From Octopus vulgaris (taxonomy: Eukaryota): a stretch of 64,000 nucleotides of DNA. This document shows positions 29,272 to 42,549 of the stretch, piece by piece (the first letter of the stretch is position 1; every line of letters begins with the position of its first letter). Under the pieces are notes generated by a model, which made no database searches, was not told the origin of the DNA, and saw only the letters and a list, made by a program, of their open reading frames with translations. The translations under genes were made by a program, and so were the position numbers. The stretch is taken from positions 43,214,001 through 43,278,000 of the forward strand of contig OX597830.1 of NCBI GenBank assembly GCA_951406725.2, given 5' to 3'.

Positions 29272-30248
29272 TACTACAGCACTCCGTCTCCACCACCACA
29301 TTACCAAAATAGCATCGCTGTCACGTTGCCTGCAACAGGATTAACAGCAACAACACCTTCACAAATCACCTGCGCAGCATGAACTAACCAGCGAACAGCT
29401 ATGCTATTATCTGATAAGCATGCTAGAAATGGCTGTCAAAACCCCGCTCAAGCCAAAATCCTGTCGTCTTACATAAATATATAAAAACAGGATAAAAAGT
29501 GATGTCAAGTTCGATAACGAGCAAAATAGGTTTTCTGCACAGGAAAAATGACGGGATGGTCACGGTTTGACTGCTGTTGACCACAGGTTTGCTCTATCAG
29601 GGCTGACGTAGGGTAAACAACGGCAACCCAGCAGCACGATCCAACACAATCCGTGTTGCTAGAAATAGCAGCCAAATCTTTTCCCTATCACACTCTGCCG
29701 TCTTGGAAGAGGAGACACGTTGCATAGTGAAATACAAAATGACGGGATGGTCATCGATAGAATGCCTTTCATCATACGTTCTTTCGATCAGGGCTAACTT
29801 GAAGCTACACAACAACAAACGCAGCATCTCCGCTGCTATAAAATCGCCATCACATTTTCTGTATCGCATCACTGCCACAACATGCCTAACATCATCCTTA
29901 TGCAACCATCGCAAAAATCCCAAGGTTTCTATGTTCCAAACTTTGGCATTAGACAGAATTTTGATGCACTATCTAATTCATATTATCAGCTTCCAAATAT
30001 GCCCCTTCGAAATTACGAGCAAAAATTACACTCTATTGCATCAGTCTACTACTTAGAGGTCCTCAATTGTTCAAATGCCCACCTAAAAGGGACCTCTGCT
30101 GAAAGTCAAAAATAGAAAAAACTGGGTAAAGTAACGACGGACCAACCAACCAACCATTCAAGGATGCACTCAGGGAAGATTAGCTACAACAAATTCAATC
30201 ACAGATCAACTTCCAGCCACAAAGCGACAACAAAAAAGAAAGAAATGT

Positions 30249-30631
30249 AGGCGTAGGAGTGGCTGTGTGGTAAGTAGCTTGCTTACCAACCACATGGTTC
30301 CGGGTTCAGTCCCACTGCGTGGCACCTTTGGCAAGTGTCTTCTATTATAGCCTCGGGCCGGCCAAAGCCTTATAAGTGGATTTAGTAGACGGAAACTGAA
30401 AGAAGCCCGTCGTATGTGTGTGTCTGTGTGTGTGTGTGTGTGTTTGTCCTCCCAACATCGCTTGACAACCGATGCTGGTGTGTTTACATTCCGGTAACAT
30501 TAGCGGTTCGGCAAAAGAGACGGATAGAATAATTACTAGGCTTACAAAAAATGAGTCATGTGGTCGATTTGCACGACTAAAGGCGTTGCTCCAGCATGAC
30601 CTTAGTCCAATAACTAAAAAGAATAAAAGAA
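30249..30631 (+). mobile_element. Full-length SINE family B (tRNA head, CORE-like motif, internal (TG)n)
   Basis: ggcgtaggagtggctgtgtggtaag...gggttcagtccc...cctttggcaagt...(tg)n...ctccagcatg; further copies at 8095-8413, 17590-17967, 28293-28738, 31825-32212, 41323-41730. Confidence 0.88.
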
Positions 30632-33303
30632 CACCTCTGCTCTCTCAATAACACATCACTGCCACTTATGGTTCTTTTTCCTTCCGGTCCAATTCGAACC
30701 GAAAGCCTTTTGTCCGAAGGAACTTTCTTTCCTGAGCCCTGCATCTTAGTTCGAGCAACATAGCGTTAATTAACAGAGAAATAAATTACTTAAAAGATTT
30801 TAGCAAAACCAGATCAATATATATAATCCACAGAATTACAATATTTTTCGATTACGTACAAAGTTAATGTTCGCAAAAGAAGGAACGTAGGTATTCTCTT
30901 CGATAGAGATGAGCCAGCAAATAAATATTTGAAGGGAAAATGCAGGCAGGGACCAGAGAAATGATAGAATACAACTCTTAACACGAATAGAATTGGATTT
31001 CCTGAAGAAACAAACAATAATGCTTGGACTATGTAAGGATTGAGTTCTTTGATTCGATGTAGAAGAGACTTCACCAGATTCTTGGATAAGCAACGAAATA
31101 AGAGAGAAATCCGTGCGCCGCTTTTTTTTTCCCAAACCTGGTACTTATTTCTATCAGTCTTTTTCTTTTTGCTGAACCGCTATGTCACAGGGACGTAAAC
31201 ACACCAACACCGATTATCAAGCGGTGGTGAGGGACACGAACACAAACACACACACGTATACACACATACACATACGACAAGTGTCTTTCAGTTTCCAACT
31301 ACCAAATCCACTGACAAGGCTTTACTCGACCCGAAGCTATAGCAGAACACAATTCCAAAGACCCACGCGGTGGGCTGAACCCTGAACCATGTGGTCGGGA
31401 AGCAAGCTTCTTACCACACAGCCACGCGGATATTATACACACATACAATAAATAAATAAATAAATAAATAAATACATATATTTGAATATTATTGTTTGTT
31501 TTATTTTCTTTAGAAAATTCAATTCCGAAAACGTTTGCATTGCATTATTCTGACATCTATTTGCATTGTTGCAAATTCACGGCTGTTGATAATGAGAATC
31601 GCCAATTATTATGGTCGTTCCGGCGGGATGAAAGACAAAAGTCTTGCCGGGCGGGAATTAAGCTCTTCGTTGAAAACTTCGTGAAAAATCGTTCGCCAGG
31701 CAAATGCTATGTCTTCTGAAGCCGCGTATATAAAACGGAGCTGAGCTATGATCAGTTGCGGACTTCGAGGAAGTTTCTGAGGAGGCATTAGGACGGTTAT
31801 ATCGTTTATTATCTTTTTTGTATCTTTTACCTTTTACTTGTTTCAGACTGCGGCCATGCTGGGGCACCGCCTTGAAAATTTATAAGTCGAACAAATCAAC
31901 TTCAGGACTTGATTGTTTAAAGCTTGGTATTTATCCTCTCGGTTTCTTTTGCAGAACAGCTAGTTTACGGGGACGTAAACAAACCAACTCTGGTTGTCAA
32001 TCGGTCGGGAGGTGGGGGACAAATACACATATGCACACAAGACACACATGCAACACATATATGACGGGTTTCTCTCATATTCATTCATAAAGCTTTGGTC
32101 GGCCCGAGGCTATAGTGGAAGAAATTTTACTCAAGGTACTACGCAGTGGGACTGAACCCTGGAACCATGTGTTTGGAAAGCAAGCTGCTTTCTACACAGC
32201 CACGCCTGCGCCCAGGAAAAGTGTTTTTCCAAACAAAATGATGGAGATCGGAAAGAGAGATATTGCGTCAAAACAAATTAAATCTTAATATTTTCATGTT
32301 AATGACGTGTTTCTTGATTGTTTTGAGTCTGGAGGGTGAAACATAGAGGCTGGCCCTCACGACGCACCGACATTTTATCTAGAAGCCTTTCGTTACACCT
32401 TTACGGGTTACATACCTTTAAGCTGACAAGTAAAAAAAAAACATAAACAAATAAAAAAATACTGGTATATTGATTTCTTATTTAAAGTAGCAGAAGAGAA
32501 AATGGAATTGTGACTTTCATGCCTTTCCCAAGGGCACTGATAAAAAAGAATTTCTAAATTTGGAATCAACACAGAGAATCGAAAACCGGGCAGGCGGGTC
32601 TGACACTTAGTGGGGGGGGGGGTCTCTGTTCTTATATAACGGTTGTCATTGAATGATTTCGGAAATAACAGAACACGAAAATATAAAACGAAAATGGAAA
32701 TATTAAGCAAATGAAATAGAAGGGGGAAAGAAAGAAAGAAAATGAATGAAAGAGATCCCGAAGCCGACGGTGTAAACAGGGCCATACCAAGCGTGAAAAT
32801 GAAGACAACATTCGAAGATTGTATGAAAACACAAGCACGCGATTTTACCTTCCTCAAAGCACATTTATCGCCGAAGATAAATGTCTTTTTCGAATTTTCT
32901 TTTACCTTCGCTTTCTTTTTCACTTTGTTTTTCTTTCTCTAATCTGTCGATCTTTTTTTTTTTTTTTCGCTAATCTGTCGATCTTTTTTTTTTTTTTTTC
33001 TCTTTTTAACCTAAACTAAACAATACATTTGAGAATATACACGAAGCTAAACGCGCGGATAGAGCGAGAGAAGCGCCTTAAATACATTTACATCAAGAAG
33101 CTGAAGAAACATACGCACATAGTAAACACACACACATACATTCATTACAACACACTCCATTCACTCACTCACTCATTCATTCACAAAAAATATACATTTC
33201 TAAAGTGGGAAAGGGAGAAATGAAAGAGAAAGAGAGAGAGGGAAAGAAAGAAAGAGAGTAAGAGACAGACAGATAGAAAGAAAGAGAGATGGTAGCAACT
33301 AAC

Positions 33304-33517
33304 CTCCTCCATGTTTCTGACACAAATACGGAAACCTCCATACATTTCCTAATCCGACGGCGTAGCTGATCACCATAAACATGTACTGTATTTTATTATC
33401 CCATGCTCCACGTGAACTTTCTTCAGGCGCATTTGTCGCCAACGATGTGGTTGAATTCAATGGTAGAGATTGTTCGACACCATTTTCGTATTCTGTGGAT
33501 AAATTTTTACTTTCCAT
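33304..33517 (-). CDS. First coding exon of an SLC6 family Na+-dependent transporter (B0AT/SIT1-like amino-acid transporter subfamily)
   Basis: Translates as MESKNL...[37 protein letters not shown], the SLC6 TM1 signature ([19 protein letters not shown]). It ends at GGA GGA G|GTTAGT, a phase-1 donor at 33303-33302, which is the usual SLC6 intron position. The exact orthologue cannot be assigned. Confidence 0.95.
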
Positions 33518-33534
33518 TTCGCGAATGCTTTAAC

Positions 33535-33610
33535 CTCAACTCAGCGTAACAGAGTGTTGTGTGTTGACGCTCTGCTTCTAGCTTGTTTCTGATTGGCTCA
33601 GCGTGCCACA
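33535..33610 (-). promoter_or_regulatory. Proximal promoter of the SLC6 gene with NF-Y CCAAT box
   Basis: The minus strand reads AGCCAATCAG (33598-33589), about 75 nt upstream of the ATG, in non-repetitive sequence bounded by a (TATG)n tract. Confidence 0.55.
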
Positions 33611-33882
33611 AATTGTAAGCATGTGCGTATCTCTCTCAATGTGGGCACGTATGTATGTACGTACGTATGTATGTATGTATGTATGTATGAATGTATGTAT
33701 GTATGTATGTATGTATGTATGTATGTATGTATGTATGTATGTATGTATGTATGTACGTGTTTATGTGTTTATATTTATCTATATACATGTAGGCGTCTGT
33801 ATATATTTGCATTTATGTATATTTACAAGTAAGTATGCGTATGTATATGTATATAAACGTGCCTACATACATAATAATAATG

Positions 33883-33955
<73 letters not shown>

Positions 33956-34216
33956 TAATAATAATAATGATAATAAATAATGATAATGATGGTGATGATC
34001 CTTTCCACTATAGGCACACGGCCTGGACTTTATGGGGAGGGAGATAATCGATCACATTGACCACACTACTTAACTGGTACTTAATTTATCGATCCCGGAA
34101 GGATGAAAAGCAAAGTCGACCACGGCGGAATTTGAACTCAGATCGAAGATACTGGCGACATACCGCTAAGCATTTCGCCCGGCGTGCTAACGATTCCTCT
34201 TGCTCACCGCCTCAAT

Positions 34217-34267
<51 letters not shown>

Positions 34268-34271
34268 AATG

Positions 34272-34319
<48 letters not shown>

Positions 34320-34340
34320 GTAATAATAATAATAGTAGTA

Positions 34341-34393
<53 letters not shown>

Positions 34394-34580
34394 CATTGTC
34401 GATGTGAGAACTGTTGCTGCTCATGTATTTTAATTTAACTTAAAAAAAAAAAAAAAAAAAATGAACGAACTATTGAGTTTGGTTTAATGGCCTACCAATG
34501 TATACTATGAGTTTCTTTGCCCTAGGAGTCGGGAAGACACTCGGCAAGAAATGGAAGCAAATTTGAAAGAAGAAAAAAAA

Positions 34581-34612
<32 letters not shown>

Positions 34613-34904
34613 CCTTTCTACTAAAAGCACAACGCCTGAAATTTGGGGGGACAGGTATAATTGATTACAATCGACCCCAGTGTTTCACTGGTACTTAATT
34701 TATCGACCCCAAAAGGATGAAAGGCAAAGTTGATCTCAGCGGAATTTCAACTTAGAACGTAGCGACGGGAAAAATACCGCTAAGCATTTCGTTCAGCGTG
34801 CTAACGATTCTGCCAGCACGTCACCTTAATAATAACAACAACAGCACCAATAACAACAACAATAACAATAATAATAATGATGATAAAAACGGGCTCACTT
34901 ATAT

Positions 34905-35121
34905 ATACTCTTTTACTTACTTGTTTCAGTCATTTGACTGCGGCCATGCTGGAGCACCGCCTTTAATCGAGCAGCTCGACCCCGGGACTTATTCTTTTGT
35001 AAGCCCAGTACTTATTCTATCGTTCTGTTTTGCCGAACCGCTAAGTGACGGGGACATAAACACACCAGCATCGGTTGTCAAGCAATGCTAGGGGACAAAC
35101 ACAGACACACAAACACACACA

Positions 35122-35170
<49 letters not shown>

Positions 35171-35536
35171 TAACACACCGTGTCGACAAAAATGCCGACA
35201 ATGTTATTAATGATAGAAAATGGCGCATCAATACGATACGAGATACCATTGATAAATGTCAGCAAATCTAGCAAATATAATAAATATAATGTACATGCAC
35301 AGAACTGAAGCACTTGAAGAATCAGATACGGTTGTAACATCTCAGCTCAAAATACAATTTGAGACGACTTTTCAACTGTAACGACACACACACATAAGCA
35401 TGCTTACATACATACATAAACGCACACGTACACACACACACACACAGGCACACACACACAAAGCACCCACCCACATATATATGTACATATCCATACGTAT
35501 AGGGATATATACATATGCAGATAAACACACATACTT

Positions 35537-35611
<75 letters not shown>

Positions 35612-35812
35612 TTGTGTGTCTGTGTTTGTCCCCCTAGCATTGCTTGACAACCGATGCTGGTGTGCTTACGTCCCCGTCACTTAGCGGTTCGGCAAAAAAG
35701 ACCGATAGAATAAGCACTGGGCTTACAAAGAATAAGTCCCGGGGTCGATTTGCTCGACTAAAGGCGGTGCTCCAGCATGGCCGCAGTCAAAATGACTGAA
35801 ACAAGTAAACGA
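34905..35812. repeat. Inverted pair of SINE B 3' halves
   Basis: 34905-35120 and 35600-35812 are near-identical reverse complements with shared diagnostic bases (aagcaatgctaggg, gtgacgggg). Confidence 0.85.
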
Positions 35813-35874
35813 GTATATATACATTTATATAAATAGATAAATGCACACGTACAGTCGCACACATACATATGTAT

Positions 35875-35907
<33 letters not shown>

Positions 35908-36119
35908 CGAATACATATTTATACACCTATGTATGTGCATACATATACAGATGTGTATATGCGTGTGTGAGTGTGCGCCTGCGCATACGTTTGCTTACAT
36001 TTTTACATCAATGAAATCAGTAAAATGTATTATCTTTTACTTGGGAAAGGAAATAAGGACTTTTATGAAGAAGTAGAAACATGAATTAATGGAGTAAAAC
36101 CAATCAAAATTGAAAATAT

Positions 36120-36198
<79 letters not shown>

Positions 36199-36669
36199 AA
36201 CAAGGATTTCCTGGACATACTTGTTATTTACTTTTTATTTACCCTACTTCGAGCTGTACGGGTAATACCGGACTGATTTGGTGCTTCAGCTTAAGAACCT
36301 AATTCAACTGAATCGTATTTATTTCTTAATATATATAATCAAAATAAGTAACAGGAAATTAAGTAGTAATGCAGTACGACCGTTTCAAGTGGCTCTATTT
36401 AATTGAACAATGCAATCATTACATCAATTTAAATGTAGTACTATCTTCAGTTGCACAAATAAATAAATGGAATTTTAATAAGTAGGACACAATGTAATGT
36501 TTCTTAAATATTTTGACAGTGTATGAAGATGGAAGAAATTCGTGTTTTCACTTTTGTAGCTAGGAATAAACTACAACTTCTAAGAATCACATGGAGCATA
36601 GTGGGGTCATAGGGTTGTAAGGGTTGTAATTCATTTCTAATTCATTTATCTCTTTATTAACTACTAATG

Positions 36670-37659
36670 CATATGTTAATGATATAGATGCCAACTTAAA
36701 GAATGCCACAGTGCTGAAATATGCAGATGGCATCAAGCTGTACCTCGAAATAAAGAGGACAGATCCTGTACACTATAGATCTTTTTTTTTTTTTTTTTTT
36801 TGCAACCAGACCTGAACACAATGCAGCAATGGATCATGGACTGGCAACTTAAGCTGGCTGTGGACAAATGTACCACCATGCATTTTATGAGGAAAAACTC
36901 AGCGTCTACTTACTCCTTCCACAACACTAATCTCAAAAAGTCTTCTTGTGAACGTGACCTGGGCATTATTGTCGATAGCGATTTTCGCTAGACAAAACAC
37001 ATTGCTAAAATTGCCGAGAAGGCTGGGGGTGTCTTGGCATCACTCACCAAGTCCTTTGTGAGCCGCTCTCCGGCTATCTGAGGCTTTATATAGCTATAGT
37101 GCGGCCTCACTTGGAATTTGCATCATCGGTCTGGAACCCCTATCTTGCCCAGGATATTAATCGTCTGGAAGTCGTTCAGCGACGTGCAACCAAGAGAATA
37201 CTCTCCATCAGGCATTTGTCATATTCTGAATGCCTTACTTCCCTGGGCATGAATACATTGAAACTCCGACGTCTGGCAGCTGACTTGGCAGACACCCATA
37301 AAATTATTAACCCTCTTACTAACAATAACTCTGAGCACCTTTTCAAACTCCATCAGTCTAACACATGTGGACATGTTTAATGGAGTAAAACCAATCAAAA
37401 TTGAAAATGTGTGTGTGCTACGCTAAGAGTTGCTGAAGTATGGAGCCGGAGCACTGCATCCTTCAAAACTTCCATGCTTCTTGAGATTCGCCAACACTAC
37501 ACCTGATTTTCTCCCCTCCATACACACGCAAGCATGTATCTGACTCATACACTGTTCACTTTCCAGACATTTGTACATTACTGCATATGCTTTATGCGCA
37601 CTTTTAACAAGTTGTGGTGCACCTGAGCATTGTATACAATAATTTCATTATTATTATTT
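36670..37659 (+). mobile_element. CR1-clade LINE 3' fragment
   Basis: VNDID....LKYADGIKLY (YADD motif), LQ.DL...QW...WQLKL..DKC, ERDLG, RPHLEFASSVWNPY..DINRLE.VQRRATK; (ATT)n tail. Confidence 0.92.
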
Positions 37660-38109
37660 AAATCTGAGACTAGAAGACTGTGTCAATTTTAAATAAAGAA
37701 CAAGAGTGATTTGACAGCTCATGGTTTGGTATAGTAATAAATATTATTATATGTATCCCTTTTTCTCTGAGAGTAAATAAGATATTAGGAGTAGTCAGTT
37801 GGATAAAAGTAACTGTCTATAAAACGAGGCAGGGTAGGGGTAGGCTTTAAATCATGATGTTAATTACTAGTTAAAGGGGCAAGACATTAAGAACCTAATA
37901 TGTTAATACAAAGGAAATATTATTAAGGGTACGATGGGGGAATGTTTATAAACAATATTGTTATGTTGTATAAAAATAAAATTTAAGAATTCCAAAATAG
38001 GTAAAAGATGTGTATACATCAATTATAAACATTAAAAAGGAAGATTACATAGAATCAATTTAATATCCATTTATCTCGCATAGACTTAAGTAACTGAAAA
38101 ATATTTATT

Positions 38110-38640
38110 TGCCAACTTGCGTCAACAGCGATTCGGCATATCTCAGCAAGGCAGCCATTTTCTGACACTGAATGAGTGCATCCAGAACAGTTTCGCTGTT
38201 TTGCACGTATTTCGGACGGGCCCGTGTGATGGCACCACCGTGCTTCTAAAGTTTATCCGAAACCAACAAATATTAACAGGCCAGGGATTTCTGAAATTGT
38301 TCATAGTCTCTGCGCTGAACGTTCTCCTCAATAGACAGCTTGGGTGATATTCGTCGGCGCCCAAAAGTTTTCCTGAGAATTCCTTGCTCTTCTTCATCAC
38401 TAATGTTGTATAGATTGCAAATCCTGAAGCGTAGAGAACTGTTAGTGTTTGACGACATTCTAGATGTTTGGTGCCCAACCTTAGTTTGACCCAAGACTGA
38501 ATCCTGTTAAGAAAGAGCTGGAGTCAAAACGTCTCTCACAAAACGTAACCCGCCCAACTCACTGCAAATCCTCAGAGGGTTTTGCACGTAGAGCGCAGTG
38601 GACTGGAACAGAGGCCCGCAAAACTCTAACGTTATAACGA
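38110..38640 (-). mobile_element. Tx1/L1-like ORF2 C-terminal (zf-RVT region) remnant
   Basis: Stitched frames give RKTFG..FQKSLA..L.V.DKL.KHG..TRA.P....ETVLDALIQC...L.YAESLL, a decayed CCHC finger. Confidence 0.6.
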
Positions 38641-38677
38641 GTCTGCGAATTAACTACCTTACAGGATTGTGTATGTA

Positions 38678-39185
38678 TGTCATTATTCAGTTTGTTTCAA
38701 AATTTCTTGCCAGTAAAGAACCGGTTTCTAATCTAAATCTAAGGCTCCTTCATTAGAATTTCAACATCAACAATAGGGTTTGTATATATGTATGTATGTA
38801 TGTATGTATGTACGTATGTATGTACGTATGTATGTATGTATGTATGTATGTATGTATGTATGTATGTATGTATGTATGTATGTATGTATGTATGTATGTA
38901 TGTATATATGTATGTATATGTGCAGCCTTGTATGTTTTGTTTTCACAGTGCCAGCGATGGATTGGATCTGTAGTCTTCGAATTAGGTTTCTCCGTATGTA
39001 TGTATGTATGTATGTATGTATGTATGTATGTATGTATGTATGCATGTATGCATGCATGCATGCATGTCTGTATGTATGTCATTATTCCGTTTATTTCAAG
39101 ATTTCTTGCGAATAGAGAAAGAACCGGTTTCTAACCTAGATCCAAAGCTTCTTTATTGGAATTTCAACTTCAACAACAGGGTATT
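38678..39185 (-). repeat. Two copies of a ~105-bp (CATA)n-embedded repeat
   Basis: 38678-38780 and 39077-39183 are homologous; a third copy lies in the opposite orientation at about 21335-21441. All are flanked by (TATG)n/(CATA)n. Confidence 0.8.
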
Positions 39186-39271
39186 TTTTATTTGTATGTA
39201 TGTATGTATGTATGTATGTATGTATGTATGTATGTATGTATGTATGTATGTATGTATATATGTATGTATAT

Positions 39272-39500
39272 GTGCAGCCTTGTATGTTTTGTTTTATGTG
39301 TGGATTCTCATGCATAGAGTTACATATCTAGACATGCTCATATATACTTAAATGATAAACTTCTGGAAAGTTTTACAGATTTGTACAGTCCCACTGATTG
39401 ATTGGATCTGTAGACTTCGAATTAGCTTTCTCCTTGGTTTCGAGAAGCCTAATTTCTCAAGATTTGTATTTAGGCAGTGTGATACATATCCCAGGGCTCC
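39272..39500 (-). mobile_element. R4-like RLE retrotransposon extreme 3' end, running into (CATA)n
   Basis: GALGYVSHCLNTNLEKLGF..RRKLIRSLQIQSISGTVQICKTF*; a shorter related piece lies at about 38920-38995. Confidence 0.6.
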
Positions 39501-40600
39501 TTACATCGTCGTGCACCACCTGGTCCACACTCTCCCGCTCCTCAGGCTGCTCCATCTGTTGTTCTTTTTCTCGCTGGGGGCACCTTGCCTTCATATGACC
39601 CTTCTCTCCACCTAGGCAGCATATAGGAGGCCCACCCCCCACCACCACTCTCAGCCCCACATCCACGGGCAGAACCACCTCCTCTGCAATCCTGTTTAGA
39701 TCATTCAAACCCGCCTGTATGGCCACCTCCATTGTATGGCCACCTCCATGCCACACCCCCATCAATTCAACCCTTTGGTTCTCGTCCCCCCAAGTAAACA
39801 TTACGGCCACCACCAGCCATGTTTCTTTCATTTCTTGGGGCACCCCGCCCACTCTCACCCCGGCAACACGTCTGCCACAGCATGAGGGCAAAAGCACCCA
39901 CTCCTCCGCTCCTACGGCTTCAGTGGAGTGCTCCCTCACCCCGTCCTCCGTAGCGAATCGCACCTCTACCGCATCACACCTTTCCCCTCGTGCAAAGAAA
40001 GTGGTGAGCCCCTTGATCTCCTCTAGGCAGCTCTCAACGGCTTCAACGGCTGCTACCTCCACTTTCCCGGTTGACAACTTTAGCGTTTCCAATATCACCA
40101 CCCTCCCCGTCACACTGCTTGTTATTTCCTGTAGCGGCACCAACTTCGACGTACCGCCTTCCCCACTTAACAATTTTTCACACTCCCTCAGCCTCCTCGG
40201 CCCAACCCTTACTTCACAAACCTCCAAAGGTTCAGAGTCCACTCCTCCGCCAGTCGCCGCTGCACAACTGTGGCTTCCCGCTGGAACCCATTCCACCTCA
40301 TCCACAAATGGGACGAAAACAAATACAACCCAACAATATCTTATGCAAACAGCAGTAACAGCAATTTCAACAATGCAGGCACACCCACGAAAGGACACCC
40401 TCAACAAATAATCAACAATTGCAGGCACACCCACGAAAGGACACCCTCAACAAATAATCAACAATTGCAGGCACACCCACGAGGGGACACCCTCAACAAA
40501 TAATCAACAATGCGACTCACGTCCAACAGGGATCAAACTGGACAGAAAACACCGACACACGACAAAATTAACGCCTACACTCTCTCTGTCTCTCACTCAG
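39500..40600 (-). mobile_element. Retroelement 5' region: gag-like ORF1 with a degenerate zinc knuckle (Tx1/L1-like)
   Basis: GC-rich open frame ending RVVVGGGPPICCLGGEKGHMKARC (a Cx2Cx4Hx4C relic), with an RRM-like VEVRFAT segment upstream. Confidence 0.7.
40367..40513. repeat. Three tandem 46-bp monomers
   Basis: tgcaggcacacccacgaaaggacaccctcaacaaataatcaacaat at 40374, 40420 and 40466. Confidence 0.95.
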
Positions 40601-41429
40601 ACCCTTACTATTTATAGTCGTTCGGTCAAGTCTATTCTCGCACGGGGTTGTCGTGACTCTCGCCACAACAATAACACAATGGAATGATCATCGTCGAAGG
40701 CAACGAAGACACTTCTACTTTTACATTATGTTTGTTCTTTATTTGACTTCCTGCATAATGGTTTCAAATTTTGTCTTGGGACCAGTAATTTTGGGGGAAG
40801 GAGCTAAGTCGATCACATCAACCCCCAGTGCTCCACTGGTACTTATTTTATCGTTCTCCGAATGAATGAAAGGCAAAGTCGACCTCGGCGGAATTTGAAC
40901 CCAGACCGTAAGAACTGACGAAATGCCACTAAACATTCTGTCCAGTGTCCTAACGGTTCTGTCAGTTGCCCGCCTTGACCTCCTGCATTAATACTATGGC
41001 CGTGAACCTAATCCGCAATATAAACCTCACAGGTTTTCCCTAACGAAGTAATTTTGACGTTTTCTCTTTTCATAAGCATGAAACAACGACAGAGCCTATT
41101 CACGGTCGCTCGTCCTGCTAGAAATAGCAGCTGAATCTTTTCTCAAAGCACACCACAAAACCTTAAATAAGGAAGGACTCATCGTTCAATGTAGTTTCTG
41201 AAATATAAAGAAAGATGTGACGGACCTGACTAGAATACATTTTATCAAAGGTCTTACTAGATAAGACTGGCTTAGGCACAACAACAACAACAACAATAAT
41301 TAATATAGTATTGAACTATACCAGGCACATGCGTGACAGTGAGGTTAGAAGTTTCCTTCCCAGCCACATGGTTTCGGGTTCAATCCCACTGTGTGGCACC
41401 TTGGGCAAATGTCTTCTACTATGTATATA

Positions 41430-41504
<75 letters not shown>

Positions 41505-42150
41505 TGTGTTTGCACCTCACCAGCGCTTGACACCAGTGTTGGTTTATTTACATATCTGTAACTTAGCGGTTTGCCAGAAAGGGAACCAGCAGAATAAGTA
41601 CTAGGCATACAAATAAAAAAAATAATAATAAGGGAAACGAGATCGATTTATTCGACCAAAAGATTCTCCAAGGCGATGCTCCAGCATGGCTGCAGTCTGA
41701 TGACTGAAACAAGTAACAGATAAAAAGATAATGAGCTTTTGTTCTCTATTTACGGCCGAGCAGTCTGAGCCAGAGAGAACCGAGTGCTTTTGAACACTAC
41801 ACTTTCATATCCTTTAGAACCAGTCAATTGAGAATCCTTCAGGTGCGTCTCTTGAAAAGTTAATATCCGGTTAATATTCAAAATGGTTCTAGATATCATC
41901 TCCATCGTTCAGTTACCTCTGTCAAAGACGATGTGAAAACACAGAATAGGATTAGAATTTTAAGTTATTAGTCGTATATAGAACTAATCAATCAACTTAC
42001 TGCCTTAATCTAATTTTAATCTTGCACTAATCATCTTGGTTCCTTAAAGCTCTAGAGAAACGCCAAAACGTATTTTCCACATAACTGCTATTGCCCTGGG
42101 GTCGGTGTAATCGACAATCTCCACCCTTAAAATTGCTAACCTCGTAGCAA

Positions 42151-42212
<62 letters not shown>

Positions 42213-42456
42213 CATCATCATCATCATCACCATCATCATCATCACGGCGGGGATCTGGCAGAATCGTTAGCACGCTGGACGAAATGCTTTGCAGCATTTC
42301 GTCCGTCGCTACGTTCTGAGTTCAAATCCACCGTGATCGACTTTACCTTTCCTCCTTTCGGGTACGATAAATTAAGTACTAGTGAAACTCAGAGGTCGAC
42401 GTAATCAACTAGTCCCCTCCCCTCAAATTTCAGGCCTTGTCCCTTTAGTAGAAAGG

Positions 42457-42548
<92 letters not shown>

Positions 42549-42549
42549 T

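Noticed and set aside
32408-32923. 171-aa ORF as a protein-coding gene
   Set aside because: It has a non-ATG start, biased composition and no recognisable motif; kept only as a candidate non-coding exon.
39719-40411. 230-aa Ser/Thr-rich ORF on the plus strand
   Set aside because: It is the antisense shadow of the minus-strand gag-like ORF.
40367-40513. Possible CRISPR array
   Set aside because: The repeats are head-to-tail with no unique spacers, there are no cas genes, and the context is eukaryotic.
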